The translations under genes were made by a program, and so were the position numbers. The notes under the pieces are model-generated. The model was not told the origin of the DNA and did no database searches. It saw only the letters and a program-made list of their open reading frames with translations. From the NCBI GenBank assembly GCA_015680685.1, contig MNCI01002773.1, forward strand, positions 197,540-261,539: DNA of 64,000 nt, in the 5' to 3' direction. Shown one piece after another: positions 46,761 to 58,750 of the stretch; positions within the stretch are counted from its first letter, which is position 1, and every line of letters begins with the position of its first letter. The DNA is from Gnetum montanum. Taxonomy: Eukaryota > Plantae > Gnetophyta.

Positions 46761-47406
46761 GTTTCTTTCTTGATATTAAATGGAACTTATAGTATATTTT
46801 TGAGTTTCTAAACTAGATGAGCTAGATGACAAATGCTTGAAATAAATAAGTTTGAATTATTAATAAAAGAACTTGATGACTTAAATAATTTGTTGAAATT
46901 GAATGATGAATGGAGGAAATATCCAAGCTTAAAGAAGAAATAATATTACAAACAACTTTGATGATAATATAGATTGTTAGTGATATGAAAACAAGATTTT
47001 GATGAAATATGAATAGTTGGGAGAGCTAAGATTTTTTAGAGAAAATTCATTAAAAAAATTACTTCTTAAAAGAAGGTCATTTCATTTAAGTATGGCCTTA
47101 CAATTTATAGAAAATGCTTAGGTCCATAGTTGGCAAACTTGAGAAGTAATTCCTTATAGTGAAAATAAAGAAATTTAGGTAAAATAAAGGTGAGTTGGGA
47201 TAAAAATAACTTACGTTCATCCATAAAGTTAAAAATAAATAAAAATACTTTAACTTTGTATACATTTTTCTTCATGTGGGTAGAGAATTGGACACTACCT
47301 ATTAACATTTTCTCTAGTGTGAAATAACTTCTTTATCTTTCTTTCTTATTATCATCTTGATGCCTATATTATTATAAAGGTGCTCATGCCTATAATAAAG
47401 AAGAGG

Positions 47407-48725
47407 TGTTAGAGTATATTTCTAAGTTGAAGTATAATCATTAGTTTCTTAACTTAATCTATTAGTATTTATGAATAGTCATGATGGTTTAGTGAAGATT
47501 CACAACTTTTTACGAAGAAGCCCACAAGCTCTCACTTCATAACATAAGGTGATAAGAAGAAAGAAAAAGATAAGAAAATCAAACGGAATAAAGTGAAGAA
47601 ATATCTAACAATAAGGAATAATAATGGTTCAATAGTCATAACAATGTTCATAATACATAAGTGATTATGAAGTATAATGAATTATAAAATTATGAAGAAC
47701 CAAATAAGAGTATGTAGTAGTAAAGAAAGATGTTACAAAGCTCAAGAGTCATAACAAGATCCCAAACTCTAGAAACCAAAAGGTAAAACAATGGACTTGA
47801 ATTTAAGAAGATAATAAAAATTCAAGTTATTAAATAGGTCAAGAAGATCAAACAATGATTCATTCATAATTTGGTCTAGTTTCCTAAAGAGGGAGAGAAT
47901 ATCATCCAAAAGATTACAGCCGAATCATAGAAGAAAGACTACAAAGAAGAGATAGGCTACGATTAAAGTAGTAGCCTATAACAAGTTAAGCAATGGATTT
48001 CTAAGGAACCCAAGAAGGCCTAGCCCAAGTAAGATAGAGCAACTAGAAAAATTCTCATCATACCTATTACAAGTAATAAGAAAATGTATACATCCTAAGG
48101 ATGTAGCCAAGAAGAAGAAGAAAGACTTACAAAGAAGTATTTCATAAAGTCTAATGAAGTTAAGTCAATAATAATTAATGAAGTATGAGAGAAGTTTATG
48201 AAGTTAAGTTTAGGAGGAACTTAACAAAGTATAGTAAACCAAGTCCAAATACAATAGTTCATAATACAATAAAAATTTTGAACAACAGTCATAAGTATAT
48301 TATATCTTATGATGGAGAAGTCAAGATGGACCAAAAGAAGATGCATCGCAAGGAAGAGCAACATCACCGAAACACAAGAATTTCTTAGCAAGACATAACC
48401 TTGAGATACAACAACCCCAAATATGATGTTATGAATTCCCCAAATAAGAAATGAATATCAAGTTATGGAATTAGTACAATGCAATTTTGTTCATCATAAG
48501 AGGATTTGTAAGTAATCAAGTCAATAAGACTTATGATACTTAGAACTATAAAGAATGACAAAGAGCAATCATCATCACGAAGAGAGCTATGATCTTACAT
48601 CTCCATAATATTGATATTACTACTAGTTATGGGAAGTGAATCTCCTTGTAAAAGATCTTGAGACAACAATGTTGTGTTACGAATGTTAACAAACTCTAAC
48701 ATGGTAGTACATCTAAAATATAACA
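47407..48725 (+). repeat. 5' LTR of copia-type element
   Basis: Direct repeat with 50490-51399; TG...CA ends. Confidence 0.88.
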
Positions 48726-48737
48726 TGGTATCAAAGA
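48726..48737 (+). promoter_or_regulatory. PBS, tRNA-iMet type
   Basis: TGGTATCAAAGA vs canonical TGGTATCAGAGC, directly after the LTR. Confidence 0.8.
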
Positions 48738-50480
48738 CAAGGTTGAAGACAAGGAAGGAGAAGCTAGCATACATGATATAAATAAATTAAAACATATGAA
48801 TGATGCTAAATATTTTAGAGCACAACAAGGAGAGATTATTAGAGCCATCAGGAGAGATTATTAAAGTAGTATCAAGAGAGATCACAACCAAGTATGAAAT
48901 GCAAGGGATTTTACAATGGATAATAAAAGAAGTAAGATGATTGGACACTATAAAGCTTTAGTCAAGAATGATAAGTTCATAAGAAAGTTATGAAGGAAAT
49001 AAAATGAGAAGAAATTGAACAAAGATATGGGGAAGATGACTTTTGGTAAGAGTGCTGAAGCTTTGTGATGATCCACAAAACTAAGAAGATCTATATCAAC
49101 AAGCAAAATCTGAAGTAGTGCCTATAAATTAAGGGAAAAAAGGATATATCAAGACACATAATACATTAGAATAAGTAAAAATGAAAACTCCCATGAGGAC
49201 CATAATTATCCTAAGAGAAAACTAAACACAACTAAAATAAAAGAATTTTATAATTAGTCAACAAAGTAGTTGAAGAATAACCAAAAGTACTATTTTAAAT
49301 GTACAAAATCATAGACTAAAACCTACAATCATAGACATCAATCTATATCATTTTCCTACTTGATGAGGCATGCATCATGAAAGGAGTCATAGTCATCCAA
49401 GCTCTAGGAAGGAGTATCTATTATAGTAAGAACATCAAAATGGAGGAATCTATCAACTAGTAGCTTCTTTCTAAAAACAAGAAATTGATATCACATGTTA
49501 GATGGAATATAATGAGAAGAATAATAAAAAGTGATTGAGTTTATATTAGTCACTAAGATGAGAATAAGATTTGAAGTAAACTTATCTTGAGGTTTCTACG
49601 GCTAATCTTGGAACTTCAAGTCATAAGTACTAATCATGGTCCCATTTCAAATCAATTTTTTTTATGATTTCAAAGAAAAAAGATTTATTTAAAATTATGT
49701 GAAAAAAATAATAAAAGAAGAATTCAACTTCAAGAATATAAAGAATGATGTAAAAAGAAGTCCGCATCATAAAGCATAAGCACTAATCCACATGTTAAAT
49801 AAGAAGAGAATAGAATAGATGATAGAGAAATTATCCCATATTGTACCGAAAATAGAAATAAGAAGATCATATAACAAGGTTCCAAGATAGCAAAAGAAAA
49901 ATGTGAAATAACATGATTATACATGAATGAGAATTCTTGTACTCCAATGTTGGGTCAATTTTGAATTGAAAGGATTTGAGAAGGCCCTCACTAGAAGTGT
50001 AGAGACTTGTATCAAGGTTGTGTAGACCCTTATGAGGGTTTTAAAACTAAAATTAAAAGTCCTATAAATGGAGTTCAATTGTGTGCATCACATAGAACTC
50101 ATTTCATGAATATTATTAGCTTAAATTTCAAGACAAATAGTAAATACCAAGAAGGCATCACAATAATTAGTTCTAAAACTTCATAAGGTTAAATTATAAG
50201 ATAAAGAAAAGCACAATCAAATATTATGAATAAAAGTATATGATGAAGAAAGTCACTTTATTAAGATTAAAGTGGAGAAAATGAAATCATGAATAAGAGT
50301 ATAAGCCAAGGATAAAGGAAAACAATTGAAGAAGTCCTAAAGCAACAAAGGTTAAGTTTCATGTTTCTAAATTCATGAGTGAAGGGAAGAAAAGAAACTT
50401 ACTATTTAGAGATAGAAGGAAAATTTATGACCACTCAAAAATTTGTAAATATGAAAGATTAAGTCAAAAAACTAATTCTT

Positions 50481-50489
50481 GAAGGGGAG
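50481..50489 (+). promoter_or_regulatory. Polypurine tract
   Basis: GAAGGGGAG immediately before TGTTAGAG. Confidence 0.8.
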
Positions 50490-51399
50490 TGTTAGAGTAT
50501 AAGTATAACCATTAGTTTCTTAACTTAAAGCTATTAGCAGTTATGAATAGTCATTATGGTTCAATGAAGATTCATAGCTCCTTATGAAGGATAAAAGACT
50601 ACAAGCTCTCACTTCATAACATAAGGTGAGAAGAAGAAATAATAAGATAAGAAGATCAAGTGGAATAAACTAAAGCAATAAGGAATAATAATGGCAAAAT
50701 AGTCACAAAAATATTTATAATACATAAGTGATTACAAACTACAATAATTTGTAAAATTACAAAGAATCAAACAGAGTATGTAGCAGTAAAGAAAGATGTT
50801 ACAAAGCTCAGAAGTCGTAACAAGATTCCAAACTTTAGAAACCAAAAGTTCAAAGAAAGAACTTGAATGGAAGAAGGGATGAAGAATCCAATTTTCTAAA
50901 TAGGATAAGAAGATCAAAAAGTAAGCCATTCATAATCTAGTCTAGTTTACTAAAGAGAAAGAGAAGACCATCCAGAAGGTTACAATGGAATCATAAAATA
51001 AGGAATATGGAGAAGAAACAAGATATGATTAAGTAGTTCATAGAGATGTAGCTAAGAAGAAAAGACTTATGAAAAAGTATTTTGTAAAGTCCATTGAAGT
51101 TAAGTCAATAATAACTTAATGAAGTATGAGAGAAGTTTGTGAAGTTAAGTTTAGGAGAAACTTAATGAAGTATAGTGATCCAATTCCAAATACAAGAGTT
51201 CATAATACAATACAAGTTATGAACAATAGATGTAAGTATATTCTATCTTACAATGGAGAAGTGGAGATGAGCTAAAAGAAGAGGCATCACCATGATGAAC
51301 AACATCATTGAAAGATAAGAATTTCTTAGCAGGAAAGAACCTAGAGATACAAAAAGATCAAAAATGATGTTACAAATTACTAGAATAAGAAAGGAATAT
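50490..51399 (+). repeat. 3' LTR of copia-type element (interrupted)
   Basis: Colinear with 47407-~48458 up to GAATAT, then switches to TGATGAG. Confidence 0.88.
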
Positions 51400-52262
51400 T
51401 GATGAGTCACCAAATAAGCGACTATCAAACCCACAATATTAGACCCTTGATATCGGATACTTGATATCGGATGGGCCAAGCGACATTGGACACGTGATGT
51501 CAAAGCCTATCTCATTGGCTATAAATAAGAGATAGGGGCGCTTGGTCTTGGTGGGAAATTTTTCAGTCCTTTAGCCAAATTCTTGTAGTTTTTCCCTTCC
51601 AAAGTTAGAATTATTTTTGAGTGCCCGTAGTAGGAGTCATAGAGTGAACAGATCTTTATTCGAGCATTGTACACTTGAGCACACCTTATGTTTGGCAATA
51701 AAGATGAACTTTGTGATAAACCTTGCAACATTCAGAATAGCTTAATTATTGCATTCAATGTTATTTACTATTATTTGATGCTTTTAGTAGTTAATTAATG
51801 TTATTTCCATAGAATTATTAATTATCAATTATCAATGAATTAGCACACTCAGCACGACCACTTTGAGCATATGTGGAACACTTGGTAGCCCAATAACGAC
51901 TAGCATTTGGTAATCCTAGCAGTGTTACACTGGTTCAAGATGTGTCCAGAGAGTGGGAACGAATGCTGGTGTTAGGATTCAATTAACATTAGAGTTACAA
52001 AAACCCATTAGTTAACTAAATATTTTCATTTCATGCACTTAGGAGACCAAGATAGAAAATATAAAAAACATGAAAATCATATACCTTGAGTTTACTTAAC
52101 CATACAATTGTGCCTTACAAGTAAGCTTGGGAAGACAATGAGTACATAACTCATCTTTGTTTTGTGTAGGTGCATAAGCACTTAATCCTCTGAGTTTGAC
52201 CGAATCGTGTGTGAACGCTTGTATTCGTATGGTTGGGTGTAGGGGTACCTTGCTGCTCATCG
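51400..52262 (+). repeat. 5' LTR of Athila-like element
   Basis: TGATGAG...CTCATCG; TATAAATA at ~51520; U5 matches 805-1230 (reverse complement). Confidence 0.8.
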
Positions 52263-52263
52263 T

Positions 52264-52281
52264 TGGCACCATTGTTGGAGA
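52264..52281 (+). promoter_or_regulatory. PBS, tRNA-Asp type
   Basis: TGGCACCATTGTTGGAGA vs TGGCGCCGTTGCCGGGGA. Confidence 0.75.
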
Positions 52282-52399
52282 TTTTTTTGTTTGTGCACTA
52301 ATTAGAACTTAGGAAATACTTCCATCATTAGAATGAACCCTTAGAGTTAACTATCCTACAGTCACTGGAAAGGAGTACCACACACTAAGTAATCAATCA

Positions 52400-55200
52400 T
52401 GTCTCCTTCTTCTTATGAGAGTGCTTCACCGACTAGGTCTGATACCATGAACAATCGGAGGTGAGGTGTACATGATGATCTGCTAGTGCCCTAATAGTTT
52501 TGCATGGTATATGCTCATCCTAATGAGTGTGTACCAGATTTTACCTTTATCCTCCACTAGGATGAATAGCTACGATGGCATGATTTAGAAGGTAACATAG
52601 TGCTACCTCCTGATAACTTAATCCCAAGCATGCTTCTTCATGCTCTCACACGAATTGGTATGCAACACTTATAGTCAGAGTACATTGTGCATGAACAAGA
52701 CTCGAGAGAGTATCAACCCACGGAGGCACAACACTAGAGGGATCTACAACAAAAGAGATATTATGAATCCATGAAGGGAAAGTAGTCTCAAGATGTCCTA
52801 TGTGTCCTAAGTGAAAATGATGGTGGTGAACCTATCTTGGGAGGTTTTCCACAAAATGACTTTCCTCTCTTTGACTTTGGTCAAGGATATGGGTATCAAA
52901 ATCTTCACTCAACTATTCATAATCCAGGTTTTGGTACCAACGAACAAAAAAGGCTTGAGAAAGGAACATGAATGCATGATAATGACAGACATCATGATCG
53001 TAACCACGACCAAGGCTGTGACCACCAAAGAGAGGGTGGCAGGCGCCGACATGGTGCTAGTACTCCTTCCTCTTCACCTTCATCATCTTCTTCCTCATCT
53101 CCTTCAAGATCTGAACGTAGTCGTAGAGGGCGAGACCATGAGGACAATGGTAGGAAAAATTGAAATCACCAAAAAAATAGTAGAGAAAGGGGATGATGGC
53201 ATTCTAGAGAGACACAACACGAAAGAAGGGAGAGTAGGGAACGACATAGGCATCATAGACACCATAGGCAGCATGATCATGATGAACCCCTACTCACCAC
53301 CCAAAGTATGTTAAATATAATAGAGGTTGTTAGGATCCCAACAAGGCACAAGAAAGATAGTAGGATCAAAAGGGAGAGTAGGGAACAATGATAGGCAAAA
53401 TTGAAATCACCGACAAAATAGTAGAGAAAGGGGACGATGGCATTCTAGAGAGACACAAAACGAAAGAAGGGATAGTAGGTAACAACATAGGCATCATAGA
53501 CACCATAGGTAGCATGATCATGACGAACCCCTACTCACCACCCAAAGTATGTTAAATATAATAGAGGCTATTAGGATCCCAAAAAGGCACCAAAAAGATA
53601 GTAGGATCAAAAGACTAGACATGAATAACATCTCACGATTTGAAGGGGGATACAATGCTGATCCTTAAAACCATTTACAAGCATTCCATGACGCATGTAC
53701 CTTGTAGAATATAGAAAATGAATGGAAAAAGATAAAGTTGTTTCCACAGATACTAATCAAGGAAGCAGAAAGTTGGTACCAGTCCTTAGAACTAGAATCC
53801 ATTCATCGATGGAGTACCATGTTGGAGTTATTCAATGATAAGTATCAAACATACTCCCGAGTGTCCAACCTGCATAAGCAAATCCAAGGATGGAAACAAG
53901 GAGGCCATGAACCCTTGGATGCTACCATGGGCTGATATTATTCATTATTACATCGTTGCCCTAGCCATGGTTACTCACAAAAGGAACAACTACATCACCT
54001 TATAGATGGGCTTAGATACAAAAAGTGAAGAAACCTTGGGACTTATGCCCAAGGAAGGCTATCTAAGCTCAGAGCCCATCAAATACAAAGATTGTTGGAG
54101 AAAGTTGCCAAGGATGAAGGCAAGTTGAGGAAAAGAGAATGTGTAGAGGAGTACAACAGAGATCCTTCCCTCCAAAAGAAGGAAATTAGATTTTTCAAAG
54201 ATAAAGAAGAGTCACCACTTGAAGAGATGGTGAATAGAAAGACTTTTCCCATTCAAAAATTTGTGTTAGAAGTATCGACAAAGGTGGATCAAATGTGGAA
54301 CTCCCTAAATGACAAATTTCAAATTATCCTAAAAATATATTTGAGGAGTATAAAGAACAAAGTAGTGACTAAGAGAGAAGAAAAAAAAGAAGTTGAGTAT
54401 GTACGTAACAAGGGTAAGGGTAAGGTTACCATCATTGAAGAGGTTGTGGATTCAGAAACAAACAATGATGATGGATGTGAGATATGCCAATATGACCATC
54501 CTAAAGGATGTTGCCTAGTAGTGTCACATCTGCAAGAGTATGGGGTGTATGCACTAAATCGATGATTAAACAGATGACAAACACCCATAAGGTTACCTTA
54601 TCCTTAAGGTAATCCAATGCAGTTCTACCAACCCTTGACATATTATCCAAGTGGAGCTCCACCACAACCGAATGAATAGTATCAACAATGGCAACATCCA
54701 CAGTCATGGGGAATGCCACCACCATGTCAATAGTATCCTTACAGTCAACTTGATCCATATGGGTATTACATTCAGCAGCCGATCTCTCCACATGAGTCTA
54801 CTAGTCATGATGCTCTCCAACCTCACTACCAGACCCCCAAGTACTATAGAACTTCTTCTTCTAGGGGTGATGCTCCACATACACACTACCATTCTCATCT
54901 GTCTACATCTCTTCCACCCTCAGCTCCATTACCACCTACTCCAACTATGTAGGGTGAGCTTCCTACCTAGCTGTAGCAACGTAATGCTACAAGGGCTATC
55001 AATCTTTAATTTATTGTTGGTTTGAACAACCAATCAAATAAGAGATCTTTCTTTAGAACCAATAGTCCAACCAAGTCCTTACAACCACAAGCAGCTAATT
55101 ATTCAAACATTTCATCATCATTTGAATCTTCAAAGCTTCCTTCAAATCAAAAATTGCACTCAATGCACATTGTCATGTTAACCCATGCCATCACTAATTG
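52400..55200 (+). pseudogene. gag: gag with long His/Arg/Ser-rich N-terminal region (decayed)
   Basis: LFPQILIKEAESWYQSLELESIHRWSTMLELFNDKY...GWKQGGHEPL; CPSHG; CEICQYDHPKGCC. Boundaries approximate. Confidence 0.75.
53151..53610 (+). repeat. 220-bp tandem duplication with 20-bp templated filler
   Basis: 53151-53370 repeated at 53391-53610; spacer agggagagtagggaacaatga copies ~53227-53245. Confidence 0.85.
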
Positions 55201-55239
55201 GATTAACGCTAGCCATCTTCTTGGAAGTTCCCTTATTTA

Positions 55240-58200
55240 TTTGCAAATCATGAGAAAAAAGCCTTGTAAAGCTCTTTGGGATTTAGGTTCTGGTGTTAAT
55301 TTGATTTCCTAAGAAATGTATAAAGCTTGGAACCTACCTTCGCTAAAGAAGAGTAACATTTGCTTAGAGTTGGCCGATTGGTCTATCACTGTTCCATTAG
55401 GACTAGTGGAGGACATTGTCACTCTATTTGTGGGTGGTTGTATCCAGTCCATTTCCTAGTGATCCAAGTCAACAGCTGCAAGGAGGACTTCCTAATCATA
55501 ATGGGAAGAGCATGGCTAAGTACGATTGATGCATGCCTAGAAATACATGATCTTTCCCTAGAAATATCAAAAGAAACTGCATTCGAGAGGATCAAAAAGA
55601 AGAAAGTTCCATGCATTGCATACAGTGACACAAAGTGCAATTGCGTGCAAAAGTCTTAGTTTGTACAATGCTTAACATTGCCTACATGCAACTAGTGTGG
55701 AAAACTAACATACAAAGATGCCTATATGCAGCAGCCACAAGACAGGAAGGCACCCATTGGCTGACAACTGACCTAGAGAGCAATTCAACTTTATGCATGG
55801 AACTAACTAAGAGCTTGACTTGTGCCTATATCGATAGCATCGATGCATTAGAGCAAGTCCATTGCCAGCTTCCAAGTACTGACATCAAAAATATCAATTG
55901 GGGGAAGTTGGAAATCCCTGATGAGTTTAAGTAAGAGCCCCTTGAATTAAAATTGTTGCCCACCAATATGGAGTATGCATTTCTCAAGAATGGAAAATCG
56001 GTAATCATTAATGCTAAGCTTGCCCCTCAACAAAAAGAAAGACTACTAAAGATGGTAAATAAATAGTAAAAATCCTTTGCTGGGTCATATCCCAAATTAA
56101 CTTGAATAGATCCTAGGATATGCCAACATAGAATTTACACTAACCCCTCTATGAAGCCTCGATGACAACCGCAAAGATGATTGAACCCAAAGCTTAAGCA
56201 AGTAGTTAAGGAAGAAGTTGAACAACTTCTAAAGGCCAGGTTCATCTACCCCATTGCTAATAGTGAATGGGTTAGTCCATTAGTCATTGTGACTAAAAAA
56301 GGTGGTAAATGGAGGATGGGTATAGGCCTTAGGCTACTGAACATGCCAACATTTAAAGATCATTTCCCATTGCTATTCATTAACCAAGTCTTAGATACCA
56401 TTATAGGGCATTGTTATTATAGTTTTCTAGATGGTTACAGTGGGTATAATCAAATCCAAATAGCACTAGAAGACCAAGCCAAAACAACATTCACGAGTCC
56501 TTAGGGTACATTTGCATACAAGCAGATGCCATTTGGCTTGTGCAATGCTCCAGCAACATTTCAAAATTTGGTTCTCAATATATTTCAACAACAAATAGGG
56601 AATAGTGTAGAGGTTTTTATGGATGATTTCTCCACCTACGAAGTGGACTTTGAACAAGCATTGGATCGATTAGAGAGTAAGTGCTGAAACGATGTGTGGA
56701 AACCAACCTAAGGCTCATTTGGCAGAAAAGCCACTTAATGGTCCAAGAGGGCATTATATTAGGGCATAAAATTTCACAAATAGGGATAGAGGTAGATCCT
56801 GAAAAAATTAAAGTCATCCAAGGAATCACTTGTCAACCTAAAACTATAAAACATGTTCAATCATTCCTTGGACATACTAGATATTATAGACGCTTCATTG
56901 AGAACTTTTCGAAGGTTGCAAAACCATTGGTAGAATTAATGAAAAAGGATGTATCCTTTGAATGGACCAAGGAATGTGAGCTAGCATTCCCAACCTTGAA
57001 GCAGAAGCTCGTAAAAACACCCATTCTACAAGCTCCTGATTGGTCTAGACCATTCCATATAATGATTGATGCATCCAATTTTGCTTTAGGAGCCATACTT
57101 ACATAGTTGGATGAGCACAAATGTCCCTATTACATTCATTGTGCAAGTCAAAGTATTGTTGGTGCACAACTCAACTATACCACAACAGAAAAAGAGTTAA
57201 TGGCTATGGTGTTTGCACTAGAGAAATTTAGGCACTATGTATTAGGCTATAAGGTATTTATACACATAGATCATAGTGCAACTTGGTTCCTTATGAATAA
57301 ACCAATAGTGAGCCTTTGCATGATATGATGGCTTATGATATTGCAAGAGTTTGATTTCATGATAGTAGATCATAGAGGCACCAAGAATGTTGTTGTTGAT
57401 CATTTATCTGGGTTGCAATGGGATAACAAAGAGGATGAATACCCAATTTCTAATCACTTCCTTGATGAACTCCTCTTTGCAAGTGTAATAAATAATCAAT
57501 CACCCACAAATACAAATTGGGATAGTAGCATTCTTACTTATCTTCTCACAAAAAAAACACCACAAGGGTTGGACATTAAAAAGAAACAATAGTTTCTCCA
57601 CTTAGTCAAACATTTCATGGAAATCAATGGATAGCTTTATAAGGTATGTTCCGATGGCTTGGTTCGATAGTGTGTCCCCAATGTAGAGCAATTGCAAGTT
57701 CTCCAAGATGCTTATGAGGACCCTTGTGGGGAACCATTAAAATTTGGCTTGTAGGATATTATTGGCCTACATTATTTTAGGACGTCAATCATTTTGTCCA
57801 ATCTTGTGAGCACTGCCAACGTGATGGGGGAATTACTACTAGAATGGAGGATCCACAACAATGGATTCAGCCCCTAAAACCCTTCGACATATGGGGTATT
57901 GATTTTATGGATCCTATTACACTAATGTTCAAAGGAAAAGCATACATTTTTGTTGTTGTTGACTATTTTACAAAATGGGCAGAAGCAACCATCATTATTG
58001 ACTGTACATCATCTACCACTGCACGGTTCGTTCAACAAAAAATTGTAAATACGTTTGGTGTGCCTCATGCACTTATTTCCAATAATGGTACACATTTTAC
58101 AAGTGCAACTTTTTGGAAGTTGATGCAACATTTAGGAGTTGAGCATAAGTTGACTACACCATATCATCCTCAAGAGAATGGCCAAACCAAAGTCACCAAT

Positions 58201-58750
58201 AGGGAGATCACAAAAATATTGATACAAATCATTAGTAAATATAGGTGAGACTAGAGCACCAAATTGAACAATGATCTTTGGGCATATTGCTCCACATGGA
58301 AACTCCCTATAGGCTAATCTCCCTATGAGTTAGTGTACAGTAAACTTCCAATTCTTCCTATCTAAGCTGAGCTCTGTACACTATCTACAGCATGTAACCT
58401 CAACCTTGACCTCAATCTAGCACAAAAAGAATGGTTAATGAACCTTAACTTGCTAGATGAAAATCGATTAGCCACCCTGTCATCCAATAAACTACACAAG
58501 GCCTTTAACAAACAACGTCATGACCTAAAGATTAGGAAAGTCAAATACCAACTACGAGATAAGGTTCTGTACTGGAATCCCACACATGTGCCACAATGAA
58601 CTAAATTTCAAACATTGTGGGAAGGACCTTATATCATTCATGAAACTTTTCCTTCAGGGGCCATGATGATTTATAAACTTGAAAGCTAGGATAGAAAATT
58701 ATTAGTCAACATCTAGCAAACCAAACCTTTCCATGAGCCTAAAATAGCTA
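55240..58750 (+). pseudogene. pol: pol (PR-RT-RH-INT) of Athila-like element
   Basis: ALWDLGSGVNLI; LNPKLKQVVKEEVEQLLKA.FIYPI.NSEWVSP; KDHFPL.FINQVL; FLDGYSGYNQI; FMDDF; IDASNFALGAIL; NYTTTEKEL; WGIDFM; VDYFTKWAEA; TPYHPQ.NGQ. Confidence 0.93.

Larger units (their letters stand above)
47407..51399 (+). mobile_element. Non-autonomous copia-type LTR element; 3' LTR interrupted by the Athila-like insertion at 51400
   Basis: 5' LTR 47407-48725 (TGTTA...TAACA), PBS, 1.76-kb internal region without a long ORF, PPT GAAGGGGAG, second LTR from 50490. Confidence 0.85.
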
